DNA from: Macrostomum lignano
Lineage: Eukaryota
DNA length: 64,000 bases
Direction: 5' to 3'
Assembly: GCA_002269645.1 (NCBI GenBank)
Contig: NIVC01003070.1
Coordinates: forward strand, 1,903 to 65,902
Shown: piece after piece, positions 25,915-39,494 of the stretch
Layout of the letters: every line of letters starts with the position of its first letter
Numbering within the stretch: the stretch's first letter is position 1
Position numbers and translations under genes: made by a program
The notes under the pieces: generated by a model
The model's input: the letters and a program-made list of their open reading frames with translations, nothing else
Database searches by the model: none
Told to the model about the DNA's origin: nothing

Positions 25915-26120
25915 CTGTCTGTCTGTCCTTCTGTGTGTCTGTATGTATGTCTGTATCGGTTCGCCTGCCTGTCAGTCTGTCTGTCCTTCTGTATGTCTGT
26001 CTGTATCGGTCTGTCTGCCTGTCTGTCCTTCTGTATGTCTGTCTGTCCTTCTGTATGTCTGCCTGTCTCTCGGCCTGTCTGTCTGTCTGTCCATCCGTCT
26101 GCCTGCTAGCCTGTCTGTCT
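25915..26120. repeat. (GTCT)n degenerate microsatellite
   Basis: Visible GTCT/GTAT runs, preceded by an inverted repeat CCCTCGG(G)GCGAA at 25803-25878. Confidence 0.85.
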
Positions 26121-26699
26121 GAAATAGTGAAATAGTGATTTTTTGTGAATTGGTATTATTCTTTATTCCTTAGGGACATCTGTTTAAAAATGTTAAAAAA
26201 TTCCAAAAACTTTCCCCACAGTCAGATAGCCCAGCCCACCCAGCGCAATGCGCAATTTGACAGAAAGTGCGTCACTTGTTTTCACAGCCGCAGGCCGCTG
26301 CTTCTAAGGCGCCGGATTCGGCGCCGAATGCGGCGGCGCTGAGGCAGCGGCGGCGGTGGTGGCGGTGGCGCCGGCGGTGGTGGCGCCGGCGGCGGTGGCG
26401 CTTGATCCATCTGGAAAAGAAACCAGAGTTGAGTGAAAAAAAACCATTTTTCGCACCATCTTGAAACCATAATGATGAATTGCGTCACTTAAAACATAAT
26501 GCTAGTGTATGTCTAGAAACCATAGTGCACATGTCCTCCTCATACTAATTTTAGTAGCCTACTCTTCCTAGTTGTCTCGCAGGTCACTCAGATACTCAGG
26601 GTGAACCTCCTGGATTTAAAGGTCTGTGTTCAGTATATTGCTTGTGTATAGGAAAAATTTGTGTGCTTTGGGAGCACTAGAAACGGTGGGAAAGAGAAA

Positions 26700-27500
26700 A
26701 GTGGATGGCTATGTAATCCTACTAAATTAGTTACGCCATGAAGATTTTAACATTAAGATTCGCATAAAGTAATTTTTTAAATCTAATTGGCCTCCTAAAA
26801 ATGCATATTTCCTTGGTTGTTACACTGCCGCAGACTGTGATGGAGCTGGAGATACACAAATTCCTCTTAGGGCTGCTGATTGATTAGTTTCAATATTTAA
26901 GTTTTAATTTCAAGTTGAAATAGGAAGTTTCAACTCTGTAACTCAACCGAAAAAGAAACTGTAAGCATGTGAAGTTTGTCTGCTTTTTCTGTTGTTTTTG
27001 CCACTCACTCACTCATTCCCCCAGCCCAGACGAAGGGTCAGGCGATAGGGCTGAATGTACATAGCAAATGTACCGTGTTTTAGAATAACTTTTTAATAGC
27101 CTTCTGTGTACCCCCGCGCGTGGAAAGGCTACGTTTAGCCATGACAGTTTAGTGAGAAATTCTAACCACTGTCCTCTGTATTGGCAAACTCTGCAGCAGT
27201 TTAACAGTGGATGGCAAATCGAGGGAATTCAGCATGGTTTGTAAAAGCGAAAGATTTATGAAAAGGCGATGCAATGCAATACAACCCTACTAAATTAGTC
27301 ACACCATGGAAATTTTAGGTTTCTCTTAAAAGTACTTTGAATTTTAAATTTCCTCCTAAGAAATGCGTATTTCCTTTGTTGTTAAACTGCTGCAGACTGC
27401 AGTGGAGATGAAAATACACAAATTCCTTTCAGGACTGCAAATTGGCAAGAAAGAAGACATGATCAAAGCATGAGAACAGCCATGAGAGTACTAAGAGAGG
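26700..27500 (+). repeat. Inverted copy of the 14790-15390 segment, with a partial internal duplication
   Basis: 26920-27495 is the reverse complement of 14790-15390. 26710-26880 repeats 27270-27440. Confidence 0.85.
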
Positions 27501-28519
27501 AAAGAAGACGGGAGAGAGAGCAGAGGAGAGACAACGGGAGAGAAGTGGAGTAAGACAGACACTAAGAAAGACATTGGGACAGACACTAAGATAGACACTA
27601 GGATAGATAACAGATATGACAGAAATAACTATATATAGCTTATTACTAAATATATATATATAGCTTATTATGAACTGTAAATATCCACCTATAATAAATG
27701 TCTAAGTCTGTTATAACTAAATGCGCATAGCTTAAAACTCACTATATATGCTTATAACTAAGCAAATATTGGTTATTATGAAGCGTATTATCAGAGTAAG
27801 ACTCTAGGAAGTCGAACAATTTTAAAGTTCAAAATGCCATCCACAATTTGTGCAAGCGAAAATCACAATCAAAAAAACGTGGCGCCAAGTCTTATGACGC
27901 TCGTTAAAAGATTAATCTAATATATTCCATTGAAAAAACTTGATATCGTGCGCTTGCAGCAAAACTGAATTTTACTAAGAATTATTCAAACAGTGGCATT
28001 TTCGCTTTAAAATTATTCGATTCCTTGAACTTACCTGTATTTAAAGACAAATTAAAAATAACCAAGTATAGCCGTTAAGCTTGCGCTCAAATATTTATAC
28101 TCTATGCAGGCCTATGCTTAAAATGAGACAAGGATAGCCTTTTCTTTCCAGCTCTTTATATAAGCTCCTTGATACTGGTGAATAAAGCCACAAATTAACT
28201 TACACCGTGGGTGGTGGCCGTCGTTGAATCAAAAAGCGAGAGGCTCATTAATCAAAGGGAGGGGTTGGCTTGCCTAACTCACCGTTGGAGAATTCTCATT
28301 GGCCCGCGTGCTCAGTTTTGGGGTGGGTGTAGAACGGTGGCCCTCTCTCAATGTACGATAACTCCTAGTAGGCTGCTTGCAAGTCAGCGTTCAAACTTTT
28401 ATGGGAAAACTATTCGACTATATATAATATACTAGAATTTAGAATTAGAATTTAAAATGTATATTAGTATATATAGAATATATACCAGCGTATGGTCAGA
28501 CACAAGACAGACAAATGAC

Positions 28520-28850
28520 TCAATGAAGAATTGTATAAAGTTTGAAGTCAATCGCTGTATACGTGGAGCAACCTTGTGTCAGTTGAAAGTTAGTCAACTT
28601 TAAACCCCTTTCACACATCTGTCTAGTGGCCAGGAAGGAGAGAGACGGAGGTTGGGGTGGCTGTCTCGCTGACGAAAAGCAGACTAACTTTAAAAGTACA
28701 CAGTGCCGTTCAGAATTAACTTCGAGACTCGAAACTTTATACGATTGTGTCAAAATAGTTGAAAATTGGATTGTGTCCAATATTGAAGAGGATTGGTAAA
28801 AGTGGAGCGACGCTATAGAGGATTTCGTGAAATTCTTGCGAAACTTGACA
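28520..28850 (-). repeat. Copy of the 15410-15750 segment of the same family
   Basis: Shared CAATGAAGAATTGT..TTTGAAGTCAATCGCT..GAAAGTTAGTCAA and following blocks. Confidence 0.8.
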
Positions 28851-29047
28851 AGCAAACTGTCTCTACCTAATTACAACTTCCTGAGTTCGGCTAGCCAAAT
28901 TGCTGCTTGCCGGTTTTGGTTGGATTCTCGCTAGCAGATTTCGGCTAGCTAATTCCTCGCTAGCAAAATTCCTGCTAGTAACTTTCGGCCAGCAAAATTC
29001 CTGCTAGCAAATCTCGGCTAGCAAAATTCCTGCTAGCAAGCTTCGGC

Positions 29048-29743
29048 CAAGGACGACTTAAGTAAAAGGACGGGAAACCTCGTTTCTTAGAAAAATTTTG
29101 AAAGCACTTTTTCCCGAAAAAATACACTGCGGAGATAGGAAATTTTCATTTTTTCAGCACAAAAATTGCTATAACTTTTAATAGGAGGCAGATCCAGTGT
29201 TCATCTTTGATATGTTGTGCCTTTTTTATTGCTCTATCGATATTTAAAAAGCTTTCCGCTCAGAAAAGTAGGATTCTTTGTTAATTTTTTATTCTACGTA
29301 TATTTCCATGTGTCTTGTGCTTGAAATACATTAGAATGCCACAGCTTGGCTCTTTGGTTTTATAAGTCTATTTTATCCTTCTTACCTGACTGTATAGCAA
29401 ATAGTCGTAACATAGATGATAAAATAGATTCATAAAACCAAATATTAGAGCTGTGTCATGCATTTTTGTGATTTTTAGATACAGGAAATATACGTAGAAT
29501 AAAAAATAAACATAGAAATCTAATTTTCTGAACAAAAAGTTTTATAAATATCGATAGAGCAATAAAAAAGGCACAACATATCAAAGATGAACACTGGATC
29601 TGCCTCCTATCAAAAGTTATAGCAATTTTTGTGCTGAAAAAATGAAAATTTCCTATCTCCGCAGTGTATTTTTTCGGGAAAAAGTGCTTTCAAAAATTTT
29701 CTAAGAAACGAGGTTTCCCGTCCTTCTACTAAAGTCGTCCTTG
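29048..29743. mobile_element. Foldback-type MITE (696 bp) with about 260-bp TIRs, P or hAT superfamily
   Basis: 29048-29307 is the inverted copy of about 29484-29743. Termini are CAAGG...CCTTG with a perfect 8-bp TSD GCTTCGGC (29040-29047, 29744-29751). Inserted in a 15-bp CTAGCAAA array. Confidence 0.9.
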
Positions 29744-30876
29744 GCTTCGGCTAGCAAACTTCGGCTAGCAGATTTCGGCAAGCAAATTTCTCGCTAGCAA
29801 ACTTCGGCTAGCAGATTTCCTGCTAGCAAATTTCATAGACCCGCTTAGCACAAGCTACAGAAAACCGCGTATATTGAAACCGTGGAATTCCAATCCCCGA
29901 AACTACTTTTGCATGTTTTCCAAAATCTGAAGTCATATTCCAACAAAAACTTGTCAATAGTTAAAATGGCTGGGGTGCTGCGCAGAATGTCAGGAAATGT
30001 CTGTCTGACTCAAAAACATGTATTGGCAAACTCTGGCCTCTGCCTCTCTCACGTCCCTCGGATTCTTCTCTCGTTGATTTTCCCTCACATTTCTCACCTG
30101 TCTGTCTGCCCGCTTATCTGTCCTTCTCCGTGTTTTTCTGTCTGTCTGTGTGTCTGTACAGGTGTCTGGACTGTACATGCATGTGTCTAAAAAATTAAAA
30201 TTTGTGTGTTGAAAAACAAATGGTGTACTATGGCAACTTACCAATGATGGACGGGCTGGCCGCCTCGCCCTCGCCCTCGCCCCCGCCTCGCCCTCGCCCT
30301 CCGCCTCGCCCTCCGCCTCGACCTGGGCCCCATGAGCCGAAGCCAGTATTTCTGTAAAGTTCAAAAGTCGCAATCAAAGTTTTTTGAGAGGTGCGCAATT
30401 TGTTCTATCAAGATATTTCGGGTGGGGCGGGGATGGGACGTGAATAAGGTCTCTGATAACAAGACCATTATAACCAGAGAACAAGTGTAAGTTGTACTCT
30501 GAGAACTGTTGATTATTTCATTTATAGTAAATTGCTTGTTAACTCAAAACTGCTCAGCTTTTGATGCACAGAGACGTTATACATAAACTATAGTTACGTA
30601 TAAGGCTATTCTGAGATTAACACGAGGGAATCAGATAGGATGATATGACATTCAGGGATACGGATGTGAGAATAAGGAAATCTGGAGATTCGGGGATGCC
30701 TTCTCTGACCAGCTACTTCAAGTAGAAATGTAAATCGTAAATGGAGGAAATGAGACTGCATATTTAGGAATATACTAGCAATCTACGCCCCCCGTTGGGG
30801 AGCCAAAACAATGCAATACACATTTTTAATAAGCTACTTGTAGCCCTGAAATCTTGAAAGATCTCCTGTCTAACTT

Positions 30877-30928
30877 CTAACCCTAACCCTAAACCTAAAC
30901 CTAATCCCAACCCTAACCCCAACCCTAG
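30877..30928. repeat. Interstitial telomere-like (CCCTAA)n degenerate run
   Basis: CTAACCCTAACCCTAAACCTAAACCTAATCCCAACCCTAACCCCAACCCTAGG. Confidence 0.7.
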
Positions 30929-31669
30929 GATGATACAAACTGCGTGCATAAATTCGCCAAAGTATTAAACATTTCTGTTAGTTTGACGATTATTATACAC
31001 AGTACATGTACAAAATACCAATACTGTTTAACTGTACTGTTACGAGCTACAACAAACAAAGAAATAACAAACCGGTACGTGCTTTTAATTAAATTTTAAA
31101 CAACCGAAAATTGACGTTCAGAAGTTAAAAAAATTATTTAAACAACACATGTATTTATTTAAATGATATGGTATGATCTGCTGCTAATACAAGCGTAGCA
31201 AGTGAAAATTTGCAATAATGTAATAATTTATTAACAAAAGGATCGACTGTCGCTTCGGCAGATGGTGCCATCGACAAGCAGCCAGTATAGCTTTAGCGGT
31301 ACAAAAATGTACATGTATATGCCATCCTGGCTACCTGCCGACTCGCGTCACTGCTCAATTGCATGCATTGGGTGTAAGCAAATGTAGAGACATTCATTCT
31401 CAAACCAAACATTAAGTCGCTCCTCTCTGCTTAAGGCTGCTACAGAGCTTGACTGCAAATGCTCCTTTTAGAGTCTGGAACCACAGGGTATATAGAGCAG
31501 CTCCTATACACCATTCACAAACTCTTTTAGCCCAGTTAAGATGCAGCCAACCTACTCAATGAGGGCTGCTTCATAAATTCCAATTATACATACATGTTTG
31601 ACCTGCTTATACCTGTACTATATCTGTTTACTGACTGTATTTTATGGTCTGTTCAGCGACTGTATTAGT

Positions 31670-32300
31670 GGCTGTATTATTGTCTGTTTAGAGGCTGTAT
31701 TGTCTGTTTAGAGGCTGTATTGTCTGTTTAGAGACTGTATTGTCTGTTTAGAGACTGTATTGTCTGTTTAGAGGCTGTATTGTCTGTTTAGAGACTATCG
31801 TCTGTTTAGATGCTGTATTGTCTGTTTAGAGGCTGTATTGTCTGTTTAGAGACTGTATTGTCTGTTTAGAGACTGTATTGTCTGTTTAGAGACTGTATTG
31901 TCTGTTTAGAGGCTGTATTGTCTGTTTAGAGACTGTACTGTCTGTTTAAAGACTGTATGGCCTGTTCAGAGGCTGTATTGTCTGTTTAAAGACTATTGCC
32001 TGTTTAGAGACTGTATTGCCTGTTTAGAGACTGCATTGTCTGTAAACAACTGTATTGTCTGTTTACAAACTGTATTGTCTGTTTAGAGGCTGTATTGTCT
32101 GTTTAGAGACTGTATTGTCTGTTTAGAGGCTGTATTGTCTGTTTAGAGACTGTATTGTCTGTTTAGAGGCTGTATTGTCTGTTTAGAGACTGTATTCTCT
32201 GTTTAGAGACTGTATTGTCTGTTTAGAGACTGTATTCTCTGTTTAGAGACTGTATTGTCTGTTTAGAGGCTGTATTGCCTGTTTAGAAACTGCATTACTG
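31670..32300. repeat. 20-bp minisatellite (TGTATTGTCTGTTTAGAGAC)n in the Helitron 3' region
   Basis: About 30 tandem units. Confidence 0.95.
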
Positions 32301-32654
32301 TCTTTCGAACTAAATTAATGACTATTTAAAGATTTTATTACATTGCCTGTTTAGTGACTGTCTTATTGTCTGTTTATACCTGTACTTTTATCTGTTTAGT
32401 GACTGCATGATCAGTGGCTGTATTTTTGTCTGTTAAATGACTGTATATTATGTTCGTGTAAAACTGTTGTAGATGAGTATAAGAAAGAACTTATGAAACA
32501 TCCCTCGTAAATAGGATTTACTCAATGTACTCTCTCAGGGCTATCAGTTCATTGAGACTCCACGCGACTTTGATTTCATTCTCTACAGTCAGACGCCAGA
32601 CACTTCTCAAACATATCCCTTGGACTTGAACTCACGAATAGCGTCCGAAATCGC

Positions 32655-35600
32655 TTAGTCTCCAGTGAGCACCTCTGGGTACACCACGTTCCTCGTCTTA
32701 GTTCCAGAAGTACGGACACGGACATTAGCAGCGTTCCTCGCTCGCGACAGAGCCGTATACAGCTGGCCATGAGTAAAGCAACCGACAGCGAGGTCCACGC
32801 CAACTGTGTCCAGAGACTGTCCCTGTGACTTGTGGATCGTCAGGCAGAAACTCGGCTTCACAGGGAACTGTAATCGTTTAAAACTGACTGGCAGGTCCGC
32901 ATTGCTAGGAATCAGCGGGATTCGCGGCAGAAGAATCTCATCTCCCGTGAACTGGCCGGCAGCAATCTTGCATCTAAGCTCGTTCTCGCCCATCGCGAGT
33001 ATGATAAGCCGCGTACCATTGCACAACCGTGGCGGGTTGATGTTCCTCAGAAGCACTACTGGCATACCTACTTTTAGCCTCAACAAGTGAATCGGAAAGT
33101 TCGGGGCATCCAGTTGGTTAAGCAACTCAGGCGGGAAGTGCGTAGCGGCATCCACATCGGCCACACTGTCTATTGAGCGGTACTCTCGCAGGCTGCCGGG
33201 GAACATGCCCAGACACGTCTCATTGATGGCATCCACTGAGTCATTGTAAGGCGCCAGGATCGCTCGGCTTGCAAAGTAGCTGTCTCTCCACTGGTTCTTC
33301 AAACGATGGGTACACAAAATTGATCAGGTCAGTGAGAGGCCCTTCCGCAGAAATCACGATCTCGGCTGGCAGAGACACTTTCTCCTCCGCATCCTGCTTC
33401 ACTGTTCCGGATCCGATCTGTGGAGGGTTAAAATGTCGAATATTTCATAACCTATACACACTTTTAAGCGTAGGCATTCCTAAATGACACAAACTTAAAA
33501 AATTGAGCTTAAAAACAAACCCGCGCCCAGTGTCTCATTGTCATTCATTTAATAAACTGATGAAATCAAACTTACCTGCTTGAGTAGCTCGGTGTACATC
33601 TGATACGCTGCAGGATCGGAACTACCAGCATCCGGATGTTTCTCGTCAGGCGATGCCGCTGGAAGTATTTCCACAGTGAGGATCGGATCACACACGCCAT
33701 GACGCTGTTCGCACGAGTCCCATGCACCACAACGGGTAGGAGCTGCCGGAAGTCACCAGCGCACACAAACACCAGTCCGCCAAATGGCGAGTCCTGCTTC
33801 CGCACATCTCGCAAGCACCGGTCGACCGCCTCCAAATCCTTCCGGTTTGTCATAGAAATCTCGTCCCACACAATTAGACGCGCTGTCCGAAACACAGCAG
33901 CTTGCTTGGACTGCACTCCAACAGCGCACACGTCCTTGTTTGAGCGTAATACCCGAATTGGTATCTTGAACCTGACATGGACAAATTTGGGTATCATACA
34001 GCAGAGGAAATATTCACATTTTACCTATTTAGTTATTCGTAATTTACTAATAATTTACTAATATTAAATATAAACAACTCACGTGGAATGCGCAGTTTGT
34101 CCACCTGGCAACAGAGTCGCTGCGATTCCAGAAGCCGCAACGGCGAGGGCGACTTCACCCCGGCTGCGCACGAAGGCGAGCAAAACCTCCAGCAGGAAGG
34201 TCTTGCCAGTGCCAGCGGGCGCGTCCAGGAAGTGCAAGCCGCCGTTGCCGCTCACAAGATCCCGAGTCACTGACTCGTACACGTCTTTCTGCTCGTCTGT
34301 CAGCATTGGTAAGCGTGCCTCAGTAATCTGCGCTTGCTCAATCGTATCGAACTGCATCGGTCCATCTTGCGGCATCACGGAGGCCGCAGGCAAGCCGTAC
34401 TCTGGCAGGCTTCTCCCGCCCATGGAGGTCAGCATGCTCTGCAGCTCGCGGAGCGCCAGGTCAGTAATCTCCTCGGCACTTAGATCTAGATGGTGGAACC
34501 GCAGGTCTTCGCACATATCTTCGGCAAAAGAGCACCAAAGGTCGTTGCCATCCTCAGGCTCGCCCCATATGAGAATGACAGCCAGAAGGTGTCTCAGGGC
34601 TCTTGGCATTCTCGACTGAACGGCCTCAGCTAGGCACCGCCGCCAGTGGTCATCTCGCTGCAGCAGGCCGAGGGCCATGCAAGCAGCCTTGGCGCTCGGG
34701 TGCACAACGCCATCCACAGTCTGCAGCGCCTCGAAGCTGGTTGGTCCCCTAACCTGCAAAAGGAGCATGCGAACATAAAATAAATCACCAGTTCTTGGGC
34801 TCACCGTGTACATGCGTGCAACATTTGTGTTCCGCACTACACCCGGGTGGCCATCGACTTTGGCGCCTCGCTTCGCTCGCCGCCACACTCTTTCACTGGC
34901 GTGCCACACGAAGTAGGACGGCACCTCTGTGTAGAGCAAGGACCGAGCAAACTCGTCAGTACGGCACAGCTTGAAAAATGCCGTCAACGTAGAGTCCCTC
35001 GGCGTCCTGGCTCTAGCACTTGCGGTCTGCTCGTTGAAATACACGAGCTGCTCCTCCGACTTGTGAACGCAGAGCCGGATGACCGCCGGAAACCTGTCGT
35101 GCACCTGATCAGAAGGTGGGAGAGGAATAAATCGCTTTTAAGTCTTAGCTGAATGCAAAAAGCCATCCAGCTTTGCAATATTTACTCGTAAAATTTAAAA
35201 TTACATCAAAGCCCAAAATGGTATTCACGGCTTCCATTGGGCCAATGTAGCGCGCAGACAGATACTCCTTGATTTCATCACGCGGCCTCTCTCCATCGTT
35301 TGCCGCTACCGTTTGTGCCGGCTGCTGACTACCCGCACTCTGCTCTGTCTCTTCAGCAGAATTCTGATTGGCATTGACTTTGAACGTGGCCATGTCGCCT
35401 TCAGCAAGTACTTGATCACGTACTTGACCGACTTCACAGTGGCACAAACTTCAACGTTCATGTGGCACGCAAACTGGAGCAACAGTTCAGGGCTGTAAGG
35501 CACAACCCACCTGTGTTTAAGGAAAAAAGCATTGTCAAACGTTTCCAACACAAAATACAAGAGGCACCTAATACTCATGACTCGCCTGTTGTCCATGCGA

Positions 35601-38600
35601 ATGCTCCGGCCTTTGAACAGTTTGTTCACTGTATATCCACCCATCTCAGGCGACAGTCTGTGGTACAGTGGGTAGCCAGTATCGCTGGTCAGCGTCACCT
35701 GCTGGAACTCCTTCGGAAAGCCCTTGCTGCACTCGCCATTCTCCATGCACGGGCACGCTGGATTGTCCTTGCCGCAGGGGCCATGGATCATGTGCGTCTT
35801 CACCAGCTCATACAGCACAGGCTGCTGCTGTGGGTCCGGAATCTCGGCAGACACGATGTCATCGTATCGGTCCGGAGTCACCCGCTGGCCACTCGCGAGC
35901 CACAGCAGAAAGTGCACATGGGGGAGACCTGGATTATCAAGAAAAGTATCAAGATATCTTTCAATCCAATTATCCAATTTGTATCGAATTTGCATCACAG
36001 AAACCCACCTATATTTAGTTTCTTTAATAACGATATAACGATATAAATTTCATAAAACTTAATACTCAGACTTGCACTCACCACGCTTTTGGAACTCTAG
36101 CGAACAGACGTGCGCGGCCTCTTTCCCATAGCGCTTGGTCAGCTGGGCCAGCAGAGCTTTCTTCTTCATTTCAAAGACTCGGCTAACAATGTCCGGCCGG
36201 TCTTCTGCCCGCTGTCCAGGCAGAAGCTGAGCGCTGATCTCCGGCCATTTCGGATTGCATGTTGCCGTGACAAACAGGTCCGGCTTACCAAACTTGTGAA
36301 CATAGGTCATAGCGTCCTGCAGCCTCTCCATCAGGTACCTTGGCCCGCCAACGAAGCTCGAAGAAGGCTTGCCTATGACACTCGGATCTCTGTCGGTAGA
36401 CCTGCCATCAGCTGCAAACAGAGCGTCCCGCAGACCGCTGTATGTCTCGCTGCGCAGGTCCTGCTGATGGGTCCGCAAATACAGCAGCCTCTCTGCCTCA
36501 ATCTTGGCACACATGTCCACCAGGTACTGCTGAAATAATCTTCGGCCATAGTGCAGCACACTGAACTGGCCCGCTCGCACCATGATTTCGCTCCCATAGT
36601 ACTTCATGGGCGTCAATTTCTTGCCATTACTCATCCGCAACTCTGGGTGCCAGCCGTCCTCGCCATTCGGGAACAGCAGCACATACTCCAGCGGGTCATA
36701 TGAGCGGTGCGTCTCACTGATTCGCTGAGAACCGCAACCACGCAGTTGAATCACGACGTCCCGACTGGCCGGTACGTCCTCATTGTTCTCAACGATCAGG
36801 ATACCGACCTCATTTGCCGTAAGCAAGTTGTAGCGCCTGATTTCGAACGGAGTTTGTGGGATAAAAATTCTGTACAAACTGAATCACTTATTACGCTTGT
36901 TTGCGAGTGCGAGTTACAATCAAAATCATAATTTCATTTTACTTTCGCTTTCGTTTACATTTTTAAGCTTCGTTAAAACAAACACTAACTTACCGAATGT
37001 GTTCCCCAGATGGTCGACGGTCAGGGTGAATCACAATTCGCGCATCTCCCAGCTCCGGGTCTTGGCTAATTCGCTCAGCAGCAGCCTTCAGGCTGCGGAC
37101 ATAGCCGTTGCACTCGTGAAGCAGCGTCTGCAGCAGCTCCAGTAGCTCCGGCTTTACCTTCTGGCTGAGACTCTGGCGGCTTTCGAGTTCGCGATCGTTG
37201 AAATACACCTGCCATCCCTGAGCTTCAGCTGAAGCCTCTGCAAACAGCGGCGCCGTGCGGTGATGCATCTGGCCGCTGATGATGAAGCTGGGACACCAGC
37301 CTGGCACAAACCGCAGTTTGGCACCCAGCGAGGTCAGGTGCAGCGCCGAGTTGTAGCTCCTGATGTTGGCCAGGAACGCGGCACTGAATCTGTGCCGCCC
37401 CATGTACAGATCCGCCAGCACTTGAGGCACGGTGCGGCTGGGCAACTTCACCTTACCTTTGGCGCAGCATAAATTCCTGGTTTCTGCCCGCCAGAGTAGA
37501 GCACCGCATTCATTGCATGCCCTATTCATTGGGCCGCAATCATGGGCCGGGGCCTCTGGCCTCGGTATTCTGTCAGGCCTGCGATCGAGTTATATGCATG
37601 CACAAAATGGTTACTATTGTAACAATATAGACACCCAAAGTTTATAAAATGTAAAATGTAAATATAAAAACTACAATATAAAAAATTACACTGACCAGCA
37701 GCACAAATAAGCCTACCTAATTTGAGCAGATCCTGCATCAGAACGACCCGCACCAAAATGGCCTGAATCGGACAGATCTGCCCTCTGCTCCGTTAAACTC
37801 GGCGCCTCTGCATCTGCAACGGGCACAGAAACTGGCAGTGGATCAGTCACGCGCAACGACTCACAGTGCTCATGACGTAAAAGGATACGCACAATTGCAG
37901 TGGGTGGCTGCACAGTGGACATGCAGTGCTGCAATACACTGCCATTTGCCTGATAAATAACCAGGTCAACATTGAAAAAGCGGCTTAAAAGTGGCACAAC
38001 TTCATCTGGAACATAGGTGCCCTCAGAAAAAGACTCATTAATTATAGAATCTGCATTCTCCGGTAAAACAAAGCCTTCTTCAATCAATTCTGGCATTACC
38101 TGCACTGCACGACACGTTAGCTCCTGCCTTAAAGATGCCGCATTAGTCTCAAGCGGAGTGCCCTGCAACTGGTCACAGACTGCATGAAAAAAAGCAATTC
38201 CCATCACCAGGGATCCGAACAACACTTAGCGTATCGAATGGTACCACAGCTCGTGTGGCCAACTCACCACTACCAAACCTGAAAGATTGAAATTATATTT
38301 AGAAGACTCTGAAAAGCGTATTGTCACATATAAAAACTCTGAGAAACCAGAAACACATTCTTACAAATACAGATTCTTAGAAACGTTTCTTGCAATTCAG
38401 ATTCATAGAAATACAGATTCTTAGAAACACATTCCTATGCAATATCCAATCCAAATATACTAAATCTCTAATATTTCATTTCATAATATTTCATAATATT
38501 TCATTAATGTTTCATGAGTATAGTGTCATGAGTAAAAGCTTCATAAAACTCACCTGGAAACCGAAGCTCCACGGCGACGAATCTGCTCGGCTTCTAGTCG

Positions 38601-38963
38601 GGCAGCTCGCTCAGCCTCAGTCTCGGCGTCTCTGCGCTGAGCATCCCGCTGCCGTTGCTCTCCCAGTCGTGCAGCTCGCTCAGCCTCAGTCTCGACGTCT
38701 CTGCGCTGAGCATCCCGCTGCCGTTGCTTTCCCAGTCGTGCAGCTCGCTCAGCCTCAGTCTCGGCGTCTCTGCGCTGAGCAACCCGCTGCCGTTCTTCCT
38801 CCAGTCGGGCAGCTCGTTCAGCCTCAGTCTCTGCGTCTCTGCGCTGAGCAACCCGCTGCCGTTCTTCCTCCAGTCGGGCCTCGCGATCAGCCTCTGATTC
38901 AGCCTGTCGCCGTCGCTTGGCATCGCGACTCTTCTTTAAACTGCTGGCACCGCGTCGAACCAT
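32655..38963 (-). CDS. Helitron OTU-Rep-helicase (about 1713 aa after correcting 4 single-base frameshifts). Exons: 38963-38554, 38278-37717, 37578-36994, 36836-36082, 35928-35586, 35510-35205, 35104-34083, 33971-33576, 33417-32655
   Basis: OTU: VRIPGDGNCFFHAV...RHEHCESL. Zn motif: CGPMNRACNECGALLW..CCAKGKV. Rep motifs: FVTATCNPKW, EFQKRG|LPHVH, KYVIKY. Pif1-type helicase motifs: APAGTGKT, WDEISM, GDFRQLLPV, HKSQGQSL, HGQLYTALSR. All 8 intron phases fit. Confidence 0.9.
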
Positions 38964-39494
38964 ATTTATAGTATTTATAGTATAGTATAGAATACTAAAA
39001 AAGTAATAGTAATAGAATAGTTATAGAATAGTAATAGAATAATAGAATAATAGAATATAGAATGGAATGCTTGAAATGATAGGAGAGTTTTTAGCAGATT
39101 GAGTTGAATGTCTGAAGAATCAGATATAACCAAACTTAATAGCAAGTTATTTATCAGGTCCTAGAGCTAGGCTATTGTTGTAAATAAAAACTAAAAAATC
39201 GATAAGACAGATAAAACAGAGTCGGTGTGGGCTCTCCAGTCCATGTGTGTACATTCGGAAGCGGAGGGCTAGAAATGTACACTGGCCTGCCTCAAGATTG
39301 AGGGGGTAAGGGTTTGGGGTAGGAAGCAAGGTCGGCACAGTCAAGCCCGAATTTCAACTTTTAATTAGTCTCAGGTCTGTGCAATAATATTGGCAGTACG
39401 AGCAATTATCTAGCTGCCAATGGGGTGCACAGAGCTCTGAAATCACAATCACAAAAAAATCACAATGACAAAAATTATTGATTGAAAATTGATT

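Noticed and set aside
33269-37650. Plus-strand ORFs overlapping the Helitron gene (and antisense ORFs over the mariner, gypsy and ZnF exons)
   Set aside because: They are shadow ORFs of GC-rich coding sequence with no independent motifs.
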